Part shown: piece by piece, positions 57,177 to 64,000 of the stretch
Numbering within the stretch: position 1 is the first letter of the stretch
How the letters are laid out: each line of letters starts with the position of its first letter
From: Candidatus Obscuribacterales bacterium
GTDB lineage: Bacteria; Cyanobacteriota; Vampirovibrionia; Obscuribacterales; Obscuribacteraceae
Length of the DNA: 64,000 bases
Direction: 5' to 3'
Assembly (NCBI GenBank): GCA_965228855.1
Contig: CBDDIJ010000005.1
Location: 416,001-480,000 of the forward strand
The notes under the pieces: generated by a model
Database searches by the model: none
Told to the model about the DNA's origin: nothing
The model's input: the letters and a program-made list of their open reading frames with translations, nothing else
Made by a program: the position numbers and the translations under genes

Positions 57177-59225
57177 TTGAGCAATCGCACCGCAGAAAAA
57201 AAAGACGATTACAAACTCGCTCTGGAGGTTGCAACTTTCGACTGGAAATCAACGCGAATCCAGTTTTTCCTCGGCTTTCTTCTCACCCTCGTTCTTCTCG
57301 CCCTGGTTGTGCAGGAGTTCTTTGCCACCAGATTCCTCCCCCAGGAATATATTGCCGTCGGAAAGATGCTTACGGACGGAGTTCCCAACATACCGTCCGA
57401 AGTCGGTCTTAATTCAAATCCTCTGTTCTACATTCAACTGATGTTGTTCAACCATCACGCCTGGTGGTATCGAACAGTCAGTTTCGTAGTGACGTCACTT
57501 ACGGCAATGTCTGTCGGTTTAATCACCCTGGACATCACCATCCGGTACGGAAACCGAATAGGCGCATCGTCGGCTCTATTCGCCGCGCTGCTTTATCTTT
57601 TGATTCCTCATAACAATTCACTCACAATGCCGGTGACGATGCTCCCGGTTCTGCTGGCGAATTTTTTCGGTTTGTTCGCCGTGTTTTTAGATCTGCGCTT
57701 CCGCTTGCTTCGAGAAAACGGTTATTACTTGCTGGCTCTCTTGAGCCTCATACTGGCTGGCGTTTGCGACTCGACCGGCATCGTAGTTGCCATGCTGGGT
57801 TTAGCATTCTCGCGATCCTTCATTGCGGAAACCGAAAAACGCAACGCAAGCGGTCCGCTCAGGACCTACATTGGACTGAGTGTTTACTTTCTCGCCACGA
57901 TGCTGTTCCTGGTCCCCCACTCGGCATTAATGCTGTCCACAAGACCTTCCACTCAGACGGCGATGTCATTTCTCAGCGCCATTTTTTCGGGCGAAACCGA
58001 CCTTAAATACGTTCAAAAAATCTTGCCGATTTTAACAGTCACCACATTCGGTATCGCCACGCTAAGGCTTGTAATTGGTTCTCTCTGGTTGCGCCCCATA
58101 TTGTTTGCCCTCGTCTGGTCAGCCTCCGCCCTGGCGGCATGGAGCATTCTCAATCTCGGAGCTTCGAGCGCCTATGCCGTAGCCGGCATCTTCCTTTCCC
58201 CCCCGGTCTGTATTCTCTTAGCACTGGCAGCACTTCCGGCCGTCGATACACTGAACCGAAAAGCGCGTCTGTTTCTGACATTCACAGGTTCCTGCGTCAT
58301 ATCCGCGATTGTCGTACTCTGGGGCGTAGTGGTCGCTGAAGACGTCCGCAAAAATTACGATCAGGCTCGCGAACTTGGCTTGTTCAAAGTCGAATTGACC
58401 AAGCGAATGGAAAAGACCGCCGGAAAACTTGCAATTATCAATCCTCCTCTGGATTTCGTGTTTGGCGGACGGCGGAAGAAACTAGACTCACTGGAAGCTG
58501 CGCTCGTAGAGCGGAGAGACAGAGAGGAAACTATCCTTCAAGCCATGCTTTGCTCGCCACTGACAGGACAGCCACTAGAAGTTGAAACAAACCGAAGATT
58601 GCCTTCCGCTTTTATTCGAGTAAATAAAGTCGAACAGAAAGGCTCTTCAGATCCGGCTGCAGGAGTGACGGACTTTTACGTTTGGTCCTACGAGAATGGT
58701 CGCCTCATGCCGATCTACTACTCGGGAGTTCGCCAGACCCATCTGAAAGTGAATGAAAAAGTCCGAGTGGAACCAGTTGAAGCAGTCGGAATTAAAGCTG
58801 AAGACTGGGCTCAAGTCCAGAGCGGGGAGCCCTTCTATGAGTTCGTTTCTTCCGGCGTCCGATTGAATTCAGGGACTAAAAAGGATATCACCGTCTGGCT
58901 TCCCATGCGAGAATACCTGGATCCTACAAAAGCCGGCAACCTCGAAGTTACCTGTGCTACGTCGCAGTCGGCCACCGGCACGGAGTCGAAATCAAACGGT
59001 CTATCGCTAGTGTTCAAGGGAAAAGATAGCGATGAAGTAGGCTCCATAGAATTGCATCCGTCTCAACCGGCAGTCGACGCGAGGCTAACAAAACTGATCG
59101 CGGAGACAAAGGGCATCGCTGATTGGAATAAACATAACGGAATCTCCGCCCTGGGAGTCAGGCTTTCAGCGGGCAGCCCCAGCGTGGTAGTAGAATCTAT
59201 TGATACCGCTCCAGGTGCAAGATGA
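57177..59225 (+). CDS. Multi-pass membrane protein, divergent paralogue of the upstream GT-C protein
   Basis: Similar TM layout and colinear partial motifs, but the DD and SKE motifs are absent. Confidence 0.6.
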   Translation: MSNRTAEKKDDYKLALEVATFDWKSTRIQFFLGFLLTLVLLALVVQEFFATRFLPQEYIAVGKMLTDGVPNIPSEVGLNSNPLFYIQLMLFNHHAWWYRTVSFVVTSLTAMSVGLITLDITIRYGNRIGASSALFAALLYLLIPHNNSLTMPVTMLPVLLANFFGLFAVFLDLRFRLLRENGYYLLALLSLILAGVCDSTGIVVAMLGLAFSRSFIAETEKRNASGPLRTYIGLSVYFLATMLFLVPHSALMLSTRPSTQTAMSFLSAIFSGETDLKYVQKILPILTVTTFGIATLRLVIGSLWLRPILFALVWSASALAAWSILNLGASSAYAVAGIFLSPPVCILLALAALPAVDTLNRKARLFLTFTGSCVISAIVVLWGVVVAEDVRKNYDQARELGLFKVELTKRMEKTAGKLAIINPPLDFVFGGRRKKLDSLEAALVERRDREETILQAMLCSPLTGQPLEVETNRRLPSAFIRVNKVEQKGSSDPAAGVTDFYVWSYENGRLMPIYYSGVRQTHLKVNEKVRVEPVEAVGIKAEDWAQVQSGEPFYEFVSSGVRLNSGTKKDITVWLPMREYLDPTKAGNLEVTCATSQSATGTESKSNGLSLVFKGKDSDEVGSIELHPSQPAVDARLTKLIAETKGIADWNKHNGISALGVRLSAGSPSVVVESIDTAPGAR

Positions 59226-60514
59226 AATCGGACGAACTCAGTTTAAGACAAAAGTGGAAGCGCGGCGGCGGCGGACCGCGCATCCGGCAACCGCTCACTC
59301 TCATTGCGATTGCGCTTTTGGTCTGGCTTTGCTGGGAGCTGCGAACCCTCATCATCGCTCTGATATTCTCGCTGACCCTGGCATCGGCCATCGCTCCGGT
59401 CGCGGAGAAATGTGAGAACAAGTGGAGAATATCTCGAAAGATCACGGTTCTCGTCATTTACGCGCTTATCATAACCATCTATTCCTTTCTGGTTGCGGCT
59501 CTTTTTCCAACCTTGAAAGAACAGGCAGTAAGTTTGTATGAACGCTTGCCTCGTTACGCCGAAGGATTGGCTGAAGTCTACAACCATATGCGGGAGATGC
59601 TCGGCGAAAATGTCGCAAATTTCTCAATCAGCACGAGCGAAGTAAAGGCATTCGTATCGCGTCTAAGCGGGCATGCCCTCCATATGACCAGTGATATAGT
59701 GACGGTCGCAGCCACCGCGATTCTGGTTTTATTCCTGACCGCTTATTTTGTAGTTGAAGCGAAAGTGATGTGGCCGCAATTGCTGGCCTGGTTGCCGAAG
59801 AAAAAAGCGGCACGGGCCGCTACGCTAATCAGACCGCTGGAAGCCAGACTTGGTGGTTACATACGCGGACAACTTTTAGTGTGCCTGGCAGTGTCGACAT
59901 TCCTCACAATCGGCATGAGTTTGCTTCGAGTCGAACATGCACTGGTGCTCGGTCTATTGTCCGGATTGCTCAATCTGGTACCATTCGTCGGGTCCATGAC
60001 CACGGCACTGCTGGCTATTTTAGTGGCTTTTAATCAATCGCCGATGCTTGCCGGCGCCGTCGTACTGCTGTTCGTTTTCGAACAATGGGTCGAGAGCAAT
60101 TTGATTGTTCCAAATCTTCTGGGCAAGCAGGTAGAACTTCACCCACTGGTCGTCCTGTTTGCAATTCTGATTTTTGCGTCCATTCTTGGCGTGGCAGGCG
60201 CGCTCATCGCAGTCCCAGTTGCGACAGCAGGTATGTTCCTTGCAGAAGAGTTCTACTTGCGACCTATGAAAAACAGAGAAGCTGAAGAGGAAGTTCGAGT
60301 GGCGCGCGCGGCGGAGGCTCAGTCGGAAGACATGGATCGCTCTTACGAGGCGGCTGCGGCCATTCTGTCAGAAACCGCATCTGGAGCGCATCTGCGGCTC
60401 GAGAAAGAACGGCTGGAGCAGGAACAGAAACAACGTGCAACTCAACGAGAGCAACCCGGCGAGAATAATCCACAATCTGCAGTGGTCGAAGCTGAACCAT
60501 CGAACGAAGTCTAG
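59222..60514 (+). CDS. AI-2E family transporter
   Basis: LGGYIRGQ, NLVPFVG, ESNLIVPNLLG...LHPL, GVAGALIAVP. Confidence 0.92.
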   Translation: MKSDELSLRQKWKRGGGGPRIRQPLTLIAIALLVWLCWELRTLIIALIFSLTLASAIAPVAEKCENKWRISRKITVLVIYALIITIYSFLVAALFPTLKEQAVSLYERLPRYAEGLAEVYNHMREMLGENVANFSISTSEVKAFVSRLSGHALHMTSDIVTVAATAILVLFLTAYFVVEAKVMWPQLLAWLPKKKAARAATLIRPLEARLGGYIRGQLLVCLAVSTFLTIGMSLLRVEHALVLGLLSGLLNLVPFVGSMTTALLAILVAFNQSPMLAGAVVLLFVFEQWVESNLIVPNLLGKQVELHPLVVLFAILIFASILGVAGALIAVPVATAGMFLAEEFYLRPMKNREAEEEVRVARAAEAQSEDMDRSYEAAAAILSETASGAHLRLEKERLEQEQKQRATQREQPGENNPQSAVVEAEPSNEV

Positions 60515-61623
60515 ATTCGTGCAGGCAATTGCTTCCGGTTTCCACTTCCAACGGCCTCAGCAACATTCAGCTTTCTGTCGTCGAGAATAGCTCCGAGTTC
60601 TTTCAAAATCGTGAACGGCAAAAACGGTCCACCGTAGACCAGAGCAGTGTAGAGCTGAACGGCCGTAGCACCAGCTTGAATGAAACGAAACGCGTCAGCA
60701 CCGCTGCCGATACCACCACACGCGATAATCTGCTGCCCCTCTTGCTTCAACTCCCACATCTGGCGACAGACAGCCAGCGCCTTTTCTCGAATTGGCGGAC
60801 CGGAGAGACCACCTGGTCCAATCGACTTCAACGTCTCTTCCGCCGTTTTTACCGTAGAACGATCGACCGATGTATTTCCGCAGATGAAGCCTGCCAGCTC
60901 ATGCCTTGCCGCTACCTGAGCGACATTCTGCAACATCTCGGTATCGCTGTCAGGCGAAAGCTTTAAAAACAGCGGCAATTTCTGACTGTTGAGTTTCACG
61001 ATCTCGCCAAGCACCGCATCGATAGTAGCGACTTCAGCGAGTTTTGTCTCATGCGTGTTGGGACAGCTCACGTTTATCGCGACATAAATGACAGACAGGT
61101 CCTTCACGGATTTGAAGCTGTTTACAAAGTCCTCTACCGCTCGCTCGCCGACTATGCTGGGATCGTTAGTCTTCGCGATGTTGATGGACAGGGGAATGCT
61201 GGGATGCGCAGCCGCAAGTTTATCGGCGACACGCATTGCGCCCTGACCGTTCAACCCCATGTAATTGATTACGGCCTCGTCCTCGGGCAAACGAAAAATC
61301 CGCGGTCTTGGATTACCTGGCGATGGTCTCGCCGTCACAGAGCCAATCTCCGCAAATCCGAATCCCATCAATCGAAGATATTCGACAAGGTCTCCGTTCT
61401 TGTCAAAGCCCGCGGCTAAACCGAGCGGGTTGGAAAGTTTCGCTCCAGCCAGTTCAACAGCCAGTCTTGGCGATAGTTGACTGTACCAGATCTCAGTCTG
61501 AGCGCGCGCAATCGAAAGCGCCGGAGCGAGTTTGTGCGCGAGCAGATGCGCATCCTCCGGATCCATATTGAAGAAGTATGGTCGAATGAAACGCTCGTAA
61601 ATTCCCTGGCGACTACTGGTCAC
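60511..61623 (-). CDS. pyrD: Quinone-dependent dihydroorotate dehydrogenase
   Basis: DPEDAH, NPLGLAAGFDK, GSVT..P..GNPRPR.FRL, NVSCPNT, KLSPD, GGLSG, VQLYT. Confidence 0.95.
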   Translation of the reverse strand: MTSSRQGIYERFIRPYFFNMDPEDAHLLAHKLAPALSIARAQTEIWYSQLSPRLAVELAGAKLSNPLGLAAGFDKNGDLVEYLRLMGFGFAEIGSVTARPSPGNPRPRIFRLPEDEAVINYMGLNGQGAMRVADKLAAAHPSIPLSINIAKTNDPSIVGERAVEDFVNSFKSVKDLSVIYVAINVSCPNTHETKLAEVATIDAVLGEIVKLNSQKLPLFLKLSPDSDTEMLQNVAQVAARHELAGFICGNTSVDRSTVKTAEETLKSIGPGGLSGPPIREKALAVCRQMWELKQEGQQIIACGGIGSGADAFRFIQAGATAVQLYTALVYGGPFLPFTILKELGAILDDRKLNVAEAVGSGNRKQLPARI

Positions 61624-61788
61624 TGGTAAATCTTTTGTCCACAGCTGGAAGACAAACAAATGTTAGCTTAAAACGCCAGTTTTGCATACTTGCGGCTACC
61701 GCCACCACCCATAATGCGGTCCGGTGCACTTGCGTTTATCACCAACTCATGATGTATTAGTACTGAATCGGTGGTGGAGAGTGATCTT

Positions 61789-61992
61789 ATGTCCGATAAC
61801 GATGTCAGCGAAAAGAAACTTCCGGGGAAAAGCATTCAAATTGTTCTTTTCGTTGTATTTGCAGTGATTGCAGCGGCTCTGGTGTTTATCGTAAAACCTT
61901 TCGGTTCGGTAAACATTGAACCAACGAGCACATCTGCACCAGCTCCAGGAGCGGCTACAACCGGTCCGTCAGGCGCGCCTCCGGCGAAATAG
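61789..61992 (+). CDS. Small single-pass membrane protein with a Pro/Ala/Thr tail
   Basis: GGAG RBS; TM IVLFVVFAVIAAALVFIV. Confidence 0.6.
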   Translation: MSDNDVSEKKLPGKSIQIVLFVVFAVIAAALVFIVKPFGSVNIEPTSTSAPAPGAATTGPSGAPPAK

Positions 61993-62004
61993 AATCGTCT
62001 TGTC

Positions 62005-63351
62005 TTAATGAATGTGAATACCGACTTCTTTGCGGTATTGCTCCATTTTGCCCCAATCCTGCGTAATTTCGGGACGCTTTTGCGTGAGCTCATTCCAGGT
62101 CACGTGCGGACGACCGGTCTCAATCTCAACCATTGAGATGCAATCATCGACCGGGCAAACCGTGCTGCAAAGGTCGCAACCGACACAATCCTCTTCACGC
62201 ACTACAGGCATGAGACGACCGTTTCCATTGCCGATATTTTTCAGCTGCACTTCCTTCAAATCGATACATTGGTGTGCGGCATCGTTGCATGCGATGTAGC
62301 AGAGATTGCAGTTGATGCATTTGTCGTGGTCGATACGAGCTACAGACTGGAATCCCAGGTCGAAGTCGCCGAAGTGCGAAATTCGAGGCAGCGATTTACC
62401 AATGAAATCATGCGGCGATGTGAAACCACGCTCGTCCATCCAGTTGGACATACCTTCGATCATATCTTCGACGATTCTGAAACCCCAGTGCATGACTGCG
62501 GTACAGACTTGAACACTTGTCGAACCAAGGAGCATGAATTCAACGGCGTCGCGCCAAGTTTCAACTCCACCCATACCGGAGATCGGCAGACCACGTTTTA
62601 TAACTTCAGGATCAGAACCGACAGCACTCAGTAAGTGAAGCGCAATAGGCTTCACGGCAGGACCGGCATATCCACCATGGCCGCCTTTTCCTCCAACGTT
62701 GGGCTTGATTTCGAAAGTATCGATATCGACACCCATGATGCTGTTGATAGTGTTGATCAGAGAGAGCGCCGATGCACCACCGTTAATAGCCGCTCTAGCG
62801 GGGTGAACGATGTCGGTGATGTTAGGCGTCAGCTTGACGATCACCGGAATCGTAGCGACCTCCATAACCCACTCAGTCACCATACACGTATACTCAGGAA
62901 CCTGCCCCATCGCACTTCCCATGCCGCGTTCCGACATACCGTGCGGGCAGCCGAAGTTCAATTCAAAACCATCGCAGCCTGTTTGTTCAGCGCGCTTGAT
63001 GATTTCCTGCCACGCTTCTTTCTTGGACTCGACCATCACGGAGCAAATCACAGTATTCTTCGGAAACAGCCTTTTCGTCTCAGCAATTTCCTTTAAGTTG
63101 GTCTCGATCGGTCGATCGCTTATGAGCTCGACGTTGTTCAAACCGATGATTTTGCTGCCTTTGTAGTCCATCGTGCCGTAGCGATTGCAAACGTTCATAA
63201 CAGGCGCGCCGATGGTTTTCCAAACAGCACCGCCCCAACCTTGTTCAAATGCTTTTTGAACCTGATAGCCGGAGTTCGAAGGCGGAGCCGATGCCAGCCA
63301 AAACGGATTGGGCGATTTGATACCACAAAAATCAATTTCAAGATTTGCCAT
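62005..63351 (-). CDS. preA: NAD-dependent dihydropyrimidine dehydrogenase subunit PreA
   Basis: SPNPFWLASAPP, GLNNVELISDR, ELNFGCPHGM, KLTPN, and two 4Fe-4S motifs (CINCNLC, CVGCDLC). Confidence 0.95.
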   Translation of the reverse strand: MANLEIDFCGIKSPNPFWLASAPPSNSGYQVQKAFEQGWGGAVWKTIGAPVMNVCNRYGTMDYKGSKIIGLNNVELISDRPIETNLKEIAETKRLFPKNTVICSVMVESKKEAWQEIIKRAEQTGCDGFELNFGCPHGMSERGMGSAMGQVPEYTCMVTEWVMEVATIPVIVKLTPNITDIVHPARAAINGGASALSLINTINSIMGVDIDTFEIKPNVGGKGGHGGYAGPAVKPIALHLLSAVGSDPEVIKRGLPISGMGGVETWRDAVEFMLLGSTSVQVCTAVMHWGFRIVEDMIEGMSNWMDERGFTSPHDFIGKSLPRISHFGDFDLGFQSVARIDHDKCINCNLCYIACNDAAHQCIDLKEVQLKNIGNGNGRLMPVVREEDCVGCDLCSTVCPVDDCISMVEIETGRPHVTWNELTQKRPEITQDWGKMEQYRKEVGIHIH

Positions 63352-63372
63352 TTTTATCTCCGTTCCTTCAAT

Positions 63373-63999
63373 CTACTTCTTCGACGCGAGAGCCGGCTCG
63401 CGATGAGCGCCTTCGCCACAGAGGGTGACGTGAATTCCGTTTGCCGCGATTTTGCCGTCTTCGACTGCCATCACAGTTGATGCCTCCCCATGGCTGCGAA
63501 TGCAGTCGCCACCGGCGAAGATCTTGGGATGGGCAGTGCGATTTGTTTTCTCGTCGACTGATATATATCCTTTGATCAGTTTCACACCGAACTCATTCAC
63601 CAACTTATCGGTTATGTAAGTGAGCTTTTTCTGACCGATTGCCGAGATCAGCATGTCACAGGGAATTTCGAACTCGGAATCCGGCACTTCAACGGGCGAC
63701 CGGCGCCCTGAAGCATCCGGCTGACCCAGATCCATACGTTTGCATTTCAAAGCTTTGATTTTGCCATTCTCACCGATCACCTCGACGGGCTGAGTGAGGA
63801 ACATGAAGCTCACGCCCTCTTTCATCGCGAATTGATACTCGAAGTGGTATGCGGGCATCTCGGCTTCTGAACGTCGGTAAACGATGGAAACACGCTCACT
63901 ACCCAGACGCCGGGCGATCGTCGCACAGTCGATGGCAGTATTGCCAGCGCCAATAACACAGACACGATTTCCAAACTTGATGTCTTTGAGCGGCTTCAC
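63373..63999 (-). CDS. preT: Dihydropyrimidine dehydrogenase subunit PreT (GltD-like), C-terminal part, cut by the window edge
   Basis: VIGAGNTAIDCA, YRR...MPA, FAGGD, TV.AV..GK; directly upstream of preA. Confidence 0.88.
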   Translation of the reverse strand: MKPLKDIKFGNRVCVIGAGNTAIDCATIARRLGSERVSIVYRRSEAEMPAYHFEYQFAMKEGVSFMFLTQPVEVIGENGKIKALKCKRMDLGQPDASGRRSPVEVPDSEFEIPCDMLISAIGQKKLTYITDKLVNEFGVKLIKGYISVDEKTNRTAHPKIFAGGDCIRSHGEASTVMAVEDGKIAANGIHVTLCGEGAHREPALASKK

Positions 64000-64000
64000 T

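Overview
A gene-dense bacterial chromosomal segment. Gene content suggests a non-photosynthetic relative of Cyanobacteria (Melainabacteria/Vampirovibrionia, Obscuribacter-like): cyanobacterial-type Hfq, a yggS-sepF pair, mreBCD-mrdA, membrane Ser/Thr kinases with Cys-rich N-termini, and no photosynthesis genes. That taxonomy is inference only. Most of the window is housekeeping: mreBCD-mrdA, fused accC-BCCP, ispF, groES-groEL, accD-accA, rsmE, yggS-sepF, obgE, pheS-pheT, dsbD, pyrD, preT-preA. I recognised no rRNA, tRNA, CRISPR array or transposase. The best candidate for an undescribed system is 13.3-23 kb. It holds a complete but split STM4011-STM4015-type cassette (LRR protein, ATP-grasp enzyme, alkaline-phosphatase-fold hydrolase, two radical SAM enzymes). 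The cassette is translationally coupled to a GH18-like hydrolase and a truncated PspA/IM30 protein, and is followed by an ATP-dependent DNA ligase carrying SWIM and WGR domains. Other notable items are a full-length ArgH paralogue with its catalytic motifs erased, a 989-aa membrane-anchored acidic scaffold ending in a Roadblock/MglB domain, an intact plus degenerate pair of GT-C membrane glycosyltransferases, and a structured non-coding element upstream of accD. All family calls come from motif recognition by eye; no searches were run.
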